Assembly: GCF_006345805.1 (NCBI RefSeq)
Contig: NC_043004.1
Location: 73,036,001-73,100,000, forward strand
Source: Octopus sinensis
Lineage: Eukaryota
Direction: 5' to 3'
Length of the DNA: 64,000 nt
In this document: positions 1-10,410 of the stretch, piece by piece
How positions within the stretch are numbered: the first letter of the stretch is position 1
How the letters are laid out: every line of letters begins with the position of its first letter
Notes under the pieces: generated by a model
Databases searched by the model: none
What the model was told of the DNA's origin: nothing
The model's input: the letters and a program-made list of their open reading frames with translations, nothing else
Translations under genes and position numbers: made by a program

Positions 1-275
1 TGCTACATAGCTCAGATACCAGGAAACTCCAAAATGGCAGGAATTCAAAAGATAGTGCTCATGGGAACTACGTAAAATACTATGTAATCTCAAATGTTAA
101 AACAAACAAAATTTTCTTATGGTTTCTTAAACATTCTCTAGAACAATACTATGTACAAAACCAAACATATGACACCCTAGGCATAACACCAACATGAACT
201 TCTAACTTGTTGTCTCTTAAGGTCTCTGGGTGAGACTTGGAGCCAACTTGTATAAATGCAACGCAAAAGTCAAAC

Positions 276-277
<2 letters not shown>
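1..277 (+). mobile_element. 3' end (ORF C-terminus and 3' UTR) of a Dong/R4-like non-LTR retrotransposon, same family as 2388-6460
   Basis: Translates to YIAQIPGNSKMAGIQKIVLMGT, matching the C-terminus of ORF 2564..3244. The 3' UTR aligns with the reverse complement of 2388-2563 and ends ..GTCAAACAT directly into (AAT)n. Confidence 0.9.
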
Positions 278-340
<63 letters not shown>

Positions 341-353
341 AGAAGAAGAAAAA

Positions 354-390
<37 letters not shown>

Positions 391-401
391 TATAATAATA
401 A
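278..401. repeat. (AAT)n/(AAG)n compound microsatellite
   Basis: Directly visible. Confidence 0.95.
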
Positions 402-999
402 TACGTGGTCTTGTATAATTTAATATAACACAATACTTTACATATTTTTCGTTTTGTTTGGCGATACGCTTTGTTATTTCATGTGTTTCTTCAGTATTTC
501 GAAAGTTTGTTTTGTAGTTTAAGTCTTATGTGAATTGTGTTATTTTTGTTGGACTGTTTTAAAAATGTATTTGTGTTATCTTTTATCATTTCGGGTGGTA
601 ATATTGTGTGGATTTTCTTATATTACTGGGTAGCCATAAGAACAAGCCCCCCCACCACCACCACCACCGAGCTGCGGATGAATTAGTACCACGCCGCACA
701 GAAAGTAGAAACTGCAGGGTGTTTTTGCAGGAGGAGGAGGAGGAACAGGAGGAGCAGGAGGTGTTGACAGGTAACGCTAAAAAACAATATAAAAGTGACG
801 TCTAGTCAGCAGATTAGAAGAGTCAATTAGGAAAGTTATTGTGAGAGTGGCAAAAATGGTAGCAGATCATTTCTGACAGAACATAATGGACTTCAACTAT
901 TTCGATTCATCCCACATGAGTGCAGTTTTCCACAAGCACTTTTGCTCAACTGTTTGGGTCTAGTGTTAGGCCAGAGACAGTGGACTTTAACGCTCATTT

Positions 1000-1356
1000 T
1001 GTGAACTTGCGATAGCACTCGGTAGAAAAGATGGAGTGTTATGGAAAACCGATAACGACAATTAGAAACAAATGGATATGCGATGTGGATAGGATTTCAA
1101 ATCGTCTCAGGTGGCAAGTCAGATCTACGAACTTTATGGAAACATTCCAAACTTGTTCACCCTTTCTCTTGACAATTGTCTGTTGCAACTGGTAGCAATC
1201 TGGGTAAATTTTTAGTAATGTCAGCAGCAGAGTTGGAGTGCTGCTGAGGAAGGATACAGAAGTAAGAACATCATCAATAATTTCAGGTACTTAACACTAC
1301 TGGGCACAGAAGTCAGAATTTTGTTCAAAGTACTCCTGAAGAGGCTGGCAGTTATA
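1000..1356 (+). pseudogene. Old decayed Tx1/L1-like reverse transcriptase fragment
   Basis: About 1226-1352 reads, with a frameshift, SRVGVLLRKDTEVRT.INNFRYLTLLGTEVRILFKVLLKRLAV, homologous to RGVVALLKKDPNKGDVIGNFRPITLLNAELKILAKVLAKRLA at about 7700-7825. Confidence 0.65.
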
Positions 1357-1450
1357 CTACGATTACATTCACCCAATATCTATACCACAACATTCTCTTT
1401 TTGTATTTTGTATTTTATGTGGGGGGAACTCTTTGCCCAATAGAAAAACC

Positions 1451-1510
<60 letters not shown>

Positions 1511-1709
1511 GCTGTTGTTGTTGTTGTTATTGCTGTTGTTGTTATCCTTCTTTCTTCAAATTTTCTTCCATTTCTCGCCGAGTGTTTTCCGTACACCTAG
1601 GGCAGAGAAGCTCATTGTATGCATTCCCAGATTACACACGCAAATTCACAGGTCAAAGACCCATTATTATTATTATAATTATTATTATTACTATTATCAT
1701 TGTTATTAT

Positions 1710-2304
1710 TGAGTGAGAGAGCAGTGCATGCCATCAACGTGACACTGGGGTAAAATATATGAATCCCAGTATATCCATCATGACTACCCGTCTGATAAGG
1801 GTACACTAGGCACATGCATCACAACCATATGTGCGTGACATGGTGATCTCATATCAAGATAAACAGCGCATGACCTTGCAGGTGGGGCCCAGTTCGAATT
1901 TTCTTCAGGTCGAGAAACCCATCCCGCTGAAAAGGTCCCTGAATAAGGTTTGTTTAAGGGTGATGAACGAAACACCCATGTTTCCAAGGGGGAATCATCC
2001 AAACCCCAAAGAATTCCTCTCAACACATGGCTATGATGCTCCCCCACTACTTCTGCTCGTGATCAGAGATGCACATATCGTCAGCCACTAAGGGACATGC
2101 TCAACTGGTTAAGGTCAAACAATGACAAGCAAATCTGTGGTATTGAGCAGAATATTTGCTGTAGCCCATCTTTTATACCAAGACAAAACAATGTACATGA
2201 TAACACTTCCAATCAGTTAAGATCAGAAGCCACGAGAGCCACTGCCTGGTACTGTATCAGGGCGTTTAGTACTGTATCAGGGCATTTAGTACTGTATCAG
2301 GGCG

Positions 2305-2305
<1 letters not shown>
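1710..2305 (-). mobile_element. About 590-bp non-coding interspersed element flanked by (TAA)n on both sides, copy 1
   Basis: Colinear with 6709-7686. Has a triplicated unit (GTACTGTATCAGGGCRTTTA) at about 2249-2308. Microsatellite on both flanks; no credible ORF. Strand is inferred. Confidence 0.8.

Positions 2306-2387
<82 letters not shown>
2306..2387. repeat. (TTA)n microsatellite at the 3' junction of the Dong/R4 element
   Basis: Directly visible. Confidence 0.95.
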
Positions 2388-2389
<2 letters not shown>

Positions 2390-5300
2390 GTTTGACTTTT
2401 GCTTTATATTTGTACAAGTTGGATCCAAATCTCACTCGGAGGCCTCAAGAGACAACAGGTTGGAAGTTCACGTTGTTGTTATGCCTAGTGTGCCATATAT
2501 TTGGTTGTTTTTTGTGTTGTACTGGTGGATGTCTAAAAAAAATGTTTGTTTTAAACATTGAGATTACATAGAAAGTATTTTGCGTAGGATATGAGCAGTT
2601 CCCATGGGCACTATCTTTTGAATTTCTGCCATTTTGGGGTTTCCTGGTATCTGAGTTAGGTAGCTATCAGCCCCTTTTGCTATCATTCCCAGGGCACCTA
2701 TGACAACAGGTATTGTTTTAGTCTTCAGGTTCCACATTTTGCTGATTTCTATTTCAAGATCTTTATATTTGCTCAGTTTCTGGTAGGTCTTGACAGATAC
2801 GTTTATATCGATTGGGACAGTCATATCAATGAGGAGGCATGTTGTTTGTTTGAAGTCTTTCAATATGATGTCTGGCCTATTTGCATCTATCTTCCTGTCA
2901 GTTTGAATGGTGAAGTTCCAGAGGAGTGAGATGTGGTCATTTTCAAGCACTGGGGATGGTTTGTGTTCCCACCAGTTTTTATCAAGGGGCAAGTCCAGGA
3001 TTTTGCAGATTACCCAGTGAATATATTGTGCAGCTCTATCGTGCCTGTTGAGATACTCTGTAGGCGCTAGAAGACTGCACTTGGAGACCACATGAACAAT
3101 GGTTTCATTTTGTTGCTGGCATACACGACACGTTGGACTGCTGCTGATCTTTAATATGTTGGCCTGGTAGTTTCTTGTTGGTAGGCATTGATCTTGAGCT
3201 GCTATGATAAACCCCTCTGTTTCAGATTTTAAGCCAGAGGCCATTAGCCATTGATGGGTCAGGGCTTTGTCAACATCTGCATTATTCGCTCTCTTTGGGT
3301 ATTTGCCATAGAGAGGTTTTTCTTGCTATTTATCATTCAGAATATCTAAGGCCGCAGATTTAGCACGGGTTTTCATGCGCTTAGCTTTTTCTGTGCCTGT
3401 TTCTTGTATGTCTATCTCTAATTCCGAAATTTGTTGTATTCGGAATTCACTTAGATATTCCTAGCCTGTTTTGTTACTGAGTATGATGCTTTCTTGTTTT
3501 CATGTTTTGAGACAAGTTTTAACATCCAGTCCTCAGAGTTATTCAGGTAGATGTCTAGGCCAATTGTAGCAATCTTCATTGTTATTGCCAGTTGTAAAAG
3601 TCCACGGCCTCCCTATTTTCTTGGCAGATAAAGTCGTTCTGTATCTGCCTTAGGGTGGTGCATTCTATGCATTGTCAACAGTTTTCGTATTTTTCTGTCA
3701 AGATTACATATTTCAGTAATTGACCAGTTAACGATATTGAAACTGTAAGTCACGACTGGTATGGCTAATGCATTGATCGCTTCGATCCTGTTTCTCGCAT
3801 TCAGCTCTGTCTTGAGTATTGCTCTTACTCTGCGATAACATTCTCTCCTGATCCTTTCCTTCATCTCTGAATGCCTTATTCCGTCTCCTTCAATTACCCC
3901 TAGATACTTGTAGTTCTCCGCTGGGTCTAATTCTTTTATGACATTCTGCTGGTCATGGTTAACGTTAGATGTTTCTGTCATTTTTCCTTTGATAAAGGTA
4001 GCTTTTGCACACTTATCGAGGCCAAATTGCATTCTGATGTCGTCACTGAATTGTTTGACAATCGCTAGTAAGCCCTTGAGTTGTTGGTCATTTTTTGCAA
4101 AGAGCTTTAAATCATCCATGTAAATGAGATGATTTATATTTTTATCAAACATTTTATATCCGTACTGCGCGTCATTGAGCAGTTTTGAGAGAGGTATTAA
4201 GGCTAAACAGAAGAGGAGTGTTGATAGTGAGTCACCCTAGAAAATGTCACACGAAATTTTTACATCACCAGCATTTAGAGATTCATTGTCACTGTTCAGA
4301 GTTAGTGTGGTTCTCCATGATCTCATACTTACAGACAAAAAGTTTCGCAGAGTAGGTGCTATCTTATACATTTCTAGGCATTTCTTAATCCAGCTATGTG
4401 GTAGGCTATCAAAAGCCTTTTTATAGTCTATCCAGGCTATTGATAAGTTTTTGTGTCGTTTGTGACAATCTTCTAAGATCATCTTATTGATGAGTAGTTG
4501 ATCTTTTCAACCGTAGGATCCACGTTTACATCATTTCTGTTCATTAGGGAATATGCTGCTGTCTGTCAAAAAACTATAGGTATATTCCGTCAGGACAGAT
4601 GTTAGTGTTTTATACATAGTTGTTAAGCAGGTTATGGGTCTATAGTTTTTTGGTTCATTTGTTTATTCACTTTTTGGAAGCAGGACTGTTAACCCATTTA
4701 CTAGTGAGGAGGCATCCTACTAGGGTGTTGCAAAACATCATTGTAAAGTTCTGTTAGCAGTCCATGGCTCTCTGGGAAGGCATTCAACCAAAAGTTAGGG
4801 ATTTTATCCTTTCCTGGAGACTTCCATTTGCTTGACCTCCTGAGAGCAGATCTTATATCTTCTACCTTGACACCCTCCCACTTTTGCTCTTCTAAGTAGT
4901 CCAGTTCTTTAGATATTCTATCAATCCAGGGGACCTTTTCGCTGTGTGTTTTTTCTTCTGTCCAAATTTTATTCCCAAATCCCTGCACTTCTTTTGATGG
5001 TACACACTTTACAGTAACTGGTGTTTTTCCTATCTTCCTGTAAAAACTTTTGGGGTTATTTTTGAACATGTTGTTGTCCCTGAAGAATCTAACACGCTTT
5101 TCATACCTCGCTATGCGGGCAGCTTTAGCAGATAACTTTTGCTTGATGGTTTCTATGGTGGCATCAATATCAAGTATAGTTTTCATATATATTTTTTCAT
5201 TAGTTTTTTGGGTTTCTGTAGGTTTGGTAGTCTTGTCAACCTTAAGGTTTTTCAAATATTCAATGTCAGATCTAAATAGTTTAATTTGTTGTTGCAAACG

Positions 5301-6460
5301 CTCTTGCCAAGAAGGCTTTTTGTGGGAATGTTGCCGTTTTCTAATCTTTACACCACATAGGATCGTTGAGATTTTTGCGGATGCATAGTATAGGTGGTTG
5401 AGGTTTGTGACATCAACATCATTAGCTGAAATTATATCCTTAAGTGCAAGCCGGGTTTTACCAATTATTTTCATGTTTTGGTTAGAGTTGCGGATTTTAG
5501 GGAGTGTATCACGTTCATCCATATTGGTTTCTTTAATTTTCAGCCATTCAATCATGATTTGACTTTTTAGCTCATATAGTTCTGTCGGGTCAATATTTGT
5601 GTGACTTTCTTCATCTATTTGATGTTCATCTGTCTTAGTGTTTATATTTGGTTCAGGGAGTATTTCACTTTGCCTATCACTTATACTAACTCTTTCAATC
5701 CTTTCTTCGTTTTTATCAGCTCTGGGCTGGTCTATACTTATTTCCTCTGTATTATCTTCTTTAGCTGCAGCTTCGTTCATTCTATCCGTTACTGCTTGTC
5801 TAACTTGATCAATCTCTACTTCAATCAGTAATTTTTTTATAATGTTTCTTCTGAGGTTGGCAAGTTTGTTACTGTCTATGTAGGGTCTTACTTCAGGGTG
5901 TTTCTGTCTCCAGTTTATGTAGGTTTGTATAGTGTTCGATTTATCTGTGGGGAAATATATGGCATGGTAGAAGGCCGCAAGAACTTCTTTATTATCTTCC
6001 CTAGTCCATTTTTCCTTCTTTTTCTTTTGAGTGTTTGGTATGAGCATGGATGGCCATCTGTTGGAATATTCCAGTTGCGGGGTACGTCCAGCTCCTGTGT
6101 GTCGGGATTTGATCTAGTAGCTGATTTTTCAATCAGACTTTGGTTCAATTTTCGGGTACGTGGTCTTTTGTAGTCCGCTCGCCGACCATCGCGGATTGTA
6201 GGTTGTTTTGTTGACATTGAAGCATGACGAGCTTCGACTCTTACATTAAAAGACGGATCTGTCAGTTTAGGATTCTCTGCACGTAAACATTGTTCGTAGC
6301 GCAGCTTCTTAAAGCTAGCAGATCCGTATTCGTCTGTATTTTTGTTGTTGATAGTTTTATCTCCGGGCATAGTTTTCCCCTTTTTTTAACTTATGAAAGG
6401 TTCACTCTGCCTGTATTAGTTCGAAAAAATGAGAATAAAATACGAGAAAAAAAAAAAAAC
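2388..6460 (-). mobile_element. Near full-length Dong/R4-clade non-LTR retrotransposon (single ORF: RT, CCHC, restriction-like endonuclease)
   Basis: ORF pieces 5915..6370, 4701..6047, 4237..4482, 3613..4152 and 2564..3244. RT motifs WIDYKKAFDS and HLIYMDDLKL; zinc knuckle CRVC..ETIVHVVSKC; RHD; RPDIILKD..IDMTVP..KLSKY (PD-(D/E)xK nuclease). The 3' UTR ends into (TAA)n. Confidence 0.92.
2564..6370 (-). pseudogene. Disrupted Dong/R4 polyprotein ORF
   Basis: Split into at least five ORFs by stops and frameshifts, with domain order preserved. Confidence 0.88.
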
Positions 6461-6461
6461 T

Positions 6462-6541
6462 GTCATCATCACTATCATCACCGTCATCATCATCATCAAT
6501 GTCATTGTTTTATGTGTAGTGACAGCGGTAGCTTATTATTA

Positions 6542-6611
<70 letters not shown>

Positions 6612-6645
6612 CACTATCACCATTATTATTATTATTATTATTATT

Positions 6646-6677
<32 letters not shown>

Positions 6678-6708
6678 TGTTATTATTATTGTTGTTGTTG
6701 TTGTTATT
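6462..6708. repeat. (TCA)n/(TTA)n/(TTG)n compound microsatellite
   Basis: Directly visible. Confidence 0.95.
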
Positions 6709-7686
6709 TGACAGAACAGCGCATGCCATGAAAGTGATACTGGGGTACAAAAATACGAAGCCCAGTATCCCCATCATGACTACACGTCTGGTATGGGTAC
6801 ACCAGGCCCATGTATCAAGCTATATATGCGCGACATGGTGACTTCATATAAAGATAAACAGCATATGAACTGGTAGGTGGGGCCCAGTTAAAATTCTTTT
6901 TAGGTCAAGTAGCCCATCCCTCACAAAATGTCCCTGAATAAGGTTTATTAAAGGGTGATGACCGAAACAGCCATGTTTCCAAGGATGAATTATTCAATCT
7001 CCAAAGAATCCTTCTCAACGCATGGCTGTGATGCTCCCTCACTACTCCCGTTCGTGATCAGAGATGTACATATCTCTTTAATGCCCACAGGGGGCTAAAC
7101 ATAGAGGGGACAAACAAGGACAGACAAAGGGTTTCAGACGATTACATCGGATCCAGTGCGTAACTGGTACTTATTTGATCGACCCCGAAAGGATGAAAGG
7201 CAAAGTCGACCTTGGCGGAATTTGAACTCAGAACGTAACACTAGATGAAATACCTTTTTCTTTACTAACCACAAGGGGCTAAACACAGAGAGGACAAACA
7301 AGGACAGACAAACGGATTAAGTCGATTATATCGACCCCAGTGCGTAGCTGGTACTTATTTAATCGACCCCGAAAGGATGAAAGGCAAAGTCGACGTCGGC
7401 GGAATTTGAACTCAGAACGTAGCGGCAGACGAAATACTGCTAAGCATTTCGCCCGACGTGCTAACGATTCTGCCAGCTCGCTGCCATCAGAGATGTACAT
7501 ATCGTCATCCACTAAGGAGCATGCTCAACCGGTTAAGGTCAAGCAACTGACAAACAAATCTATGGTGTTGAGCAGAATATTTGCTTTAGCTCATCTTTTA
7601 CACCAGGACAAAAGATGTATATGCTAACACTTCCAATCAGTTAAGATCAGAAGCCATAAGAGCCACTACTTGGTATAGTATCGAGT
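6709..7686 (-). mobile_element. Non-coding (TAA)n-flanked element, copy 2, interrupted by a SINE at 7075-7485
   Basis: 6709-7074 plus 7486-7686 align end-to-end with about 1710-2270. Confidence 0.8.
7075..7485 (-). mobile_element. Dimeric tRNA-derived SINE (type A) with an 18-bp target-site duplication
   Basis: Head GGCAGCGAGCTGGCAGAATCGTTAGC with B-box-like GAGTTCAAATTCC; central GCCTTTCATCCTTTCGGGGTCGA present twice. TSD ATCAGAGATGTACATATC at 7057-7074 and 7486-7503; the empty site is visible in copy 1 at about 2062-2079. Confidence 0.9.
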
Positions 7687-7695
7687 ATTATTTTT

Positions 7696-9881
7696 TGTCG
7701 AGGGGTGGTGGCTTTGCTAAAAAAGGACCCAAACAAGGGGGACGTTATAGGGAATTTTCGGCCCATCACTCTGCTCAATGCAGAGTTGAAGATTTTGGCC
7801 AAGGTGCTAGCCAAGAGATTGGCGCTTGGTCGGCAAGACGCAGACATGCGCCGTGCCGACCAGGTCGATACACGACAACATCCATCTCATGCGCTACATC
7901 ATAGAGAGGGTGGATAACGACACTGGCGCGGGTGGGGCTTTGATCAACTTAGATCAGAGTAAAGCCTTCGATAGGGTCGACCATCGGTACCTGGCAGCTG
8001 TTCTCAAGGCAGCCGGCTTCGGTCCAGTCTTCCGCGGGTGGATCGCTGCTTTATACAGCAACATCTGCTCGGTGATACGGGTGAACGGTCACCTTTCGGA
8101 ACCGTTCGACATCTCGCGTTCGGTCCGCCAAGGATGCCCTCTCTCCTCCCTCTTGTACATATTGACTCTCGTGCCATTACTGCGCAAGATGGAGGCTTTG
8201 AGGGGTATCCCGCGCGATCTAGGAGGCGGAAACAGCGTGTCTGCCTATGCCGAAGACGTCACCGTGATGGTGTCGAGCCACAGGCACATTGGCCTGATTG
8301 GCGAGACACTAAACGAGTACGAAGCGGTGACAGGGGCAAAGATTAACGCGGAAAAGTCTGTGGGCTTGCAACTGGGCACCTGGAGAGGCAAGCCCATGCC
8401 GTCCAACAGCGTCGTAGGGCGCTGGACAGACGGACCCGTAAAACTGCTCGGGGTCTGGTTCGGTCCGGACCTCCAGATGGATAAAAACTGGGAAGAGGTG
8501 ACGAACAGGGTGGCACGTCTCACCCAGAAATGGGCCGAGATGAAGCTGTCCCTGAAAGGTCGAGCGGAGGTGGCGAATGCGTACATCGCATCCGTCATCT
8601 ATTACCGCTTGACCGTCGTGCCTTGTCCCAACCGCTGGTTGGCCAAGCTGGTACGCCTGCTCTTCGACTTTTTGCGGAAGGGTCAGGTGCCACTGGTCAG
8701 GTGATCTATCTGCTGTCAACGACCGCTGAACGGAGGCCTTGGCATGCCGTGGTTACTGATGCACAGACATGCGCTCAGGCTGCGACATCTCAAGCGTTTC
8801 CTAGACGGTGAACAGGTGTGGTCGTCTTTTGTCAGACGCGACTTTCCGCAGCTCGTCTCTTTGACAGAGCAGCAGACCTGGATCAAACGTAGACTGAGAA
8901 AGGGCGCTTGGCACCTCGAGTGCCGTCAAGCTCTCTCCGCCCTCCGCCAGGCGGGCAATGCGATCGGTTTCAGCTCCACTCTAGCGTTCTATAGAAGGTT
9001 AGTGGAGGAAAAATGCGACGACGTTCTCGGGGAAACTCTAGGCGTTGACGATAACGAACTGAGCGGTCTGTTCGGAAGGACTTTCGGGCCGGGGCCAATG
9101 GATAATTTCCAGAGGTCGCTCGCCTCGCAGTGCTACCGAGGGGCTCTGCCTGTTCGGGATAAACTCTACCGGCACGGAAGTGCCGTCAGCCGGGCCTGCC
9201 CGAGGTGTTGCCAGGACGACGAAACTGTTCTGCACGCACTCGTCCAGTGCCCGAGTATTGCTGAACTATGGGTTTATGTCGAACAGCTACTGTCACGTGT
9301 AGGACGGATCCGGCTATCAGCCGAATCCATAGTGAAGATTGCCCCGCCGACCTCCTTTAATAAGGAGGGCGAGGCCGTTTTCTTGTGCCTAGTGACTGTA
9401 GCGAAAGAGGTTGTATGGTGGACCCGTTTGAAAGGGCTAAAGTCAGACACTTTTTTCTTTGGTCAAGGCCTCATCAACTTTTTCAAGTTTCACTTGAAAA
9501 GGAAGATGAGGTTAGAGAGGAGAGTGCTGTCCGATAGCAAGTTTTCTGAAAGGTGGGTGAATTGTGCGAGAATGGCCAGTATAAATGGACCAATTCTCAG
9601 GTTTCGCCTGTGATTGAAAAAGGTTTTATAAAAGGAGAAAGGGGCTCTCTACCCCACTTTTGACCAGGCTCCCGTTGGCTTTTATGGGGTTTTTTCCACC
9701 AAGGAACATTTCGAAGCGCCTCCCCCTATTGGGAGTTTTTCGTTGTTATATTATTTGATTGTTACACTGTTTTTACACGATTTTTTTCACAAACGGACAA
9801 AACCCTTTGTAACCTTTCGTCCTGTTTTGTCCCTTTATGTTTTCTAATCATGTGTGTCAGCCCTTGTGGCCAATAAAAAGA

Positions 9882-9882
<1 letters not shown>
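7696..9882 (+). mobile_element. 5'-truncated Tx1/L1-clade retrotransposon (RT, C-terminal zinc-binding region, 3' UTR)
   Basis: NFRPITLLN, LDQSKAFDRVDH, SVRQGCPLS, YAED (mutated YADD), CPRC..ETVLHALVQC. Frameshift near 7826 and in-frame TGA at 8702-8704. Ends AATAAAAAGAA followed by (TTA)n. Confidence 0.9.
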
Positions 9883-9957
<75 letters not shown>

Positions 9958-9983
9958 TATTATTATTATTATTATTATTATTA

Positions 9984-10014
<31 letters not shown>

Positions 10015-10036
10015 CATCATTATTATTATTATTATT
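9883..10036. repeat. (TTA)n microsatellite
   Basis: Directly visible. Confidence 0.95.
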
Positions 10037-10410
10037 TATACGCAAGTACATGCTAATTTATTTAGCAGATATTTTAGCTTCAGGCTTGATGGCAACAAGT
10101 TTCGTCAAATCTCAAGAATCTATCTTAGAATTCTTGCAGAATGTAGGATGGTACTCTTTTGCGGGTTGACAATGCGAGTTTGTAGGCCAAATTCTTTCAG
10201 TCTTTTAGTTAGTATTTTGGATGTTGTGCCAAGTACATCAACTATTACAGGAATAATTGTTGCCTTGACCTCTCACAGTCTCCTCTACGCTCTGGTTAAA
10301 TCATGGCATTTCTCATTTTTTCCATTTCCTTGGTATCGTCTCAGCTATCTTAGGGAATTGCAAAATCTATGCTCTTGCACTCCGTTTATTTTGTGCTCTA
10401 TAATCATGCC
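10037..10410 (-). mobile_element. Decayed 3' fragment of an R4/Dong-like element (different subfamily)
   Basis: Minus strand reads IDFAIP..KEMEK..DL...VKATIIPVIVDVLGTTSK..QKSTILHSARILR, the restriction-like endonuclease C-terminus. Its 3' end runs into (TAA)n. Confidence 0.7.

Noticed and set aside
2249-2308. Short tandem arrays (here, 25083-25131 and 37596-37650) as CRISPR-like repeats
   Set aside because: Head-to-tail repeats without spacers, eukaryotic context, no cas genes.
1710-7686. Direct repeats flanking the Dong element read as LTRs of an LTR retrotransposon
   Set aside because: The copies are clearly diverged, separated from the element by microsatellites and lack TG..CA ends, and the enclosed ORF is a non-LTR RT with a restriction-like endonuclease.
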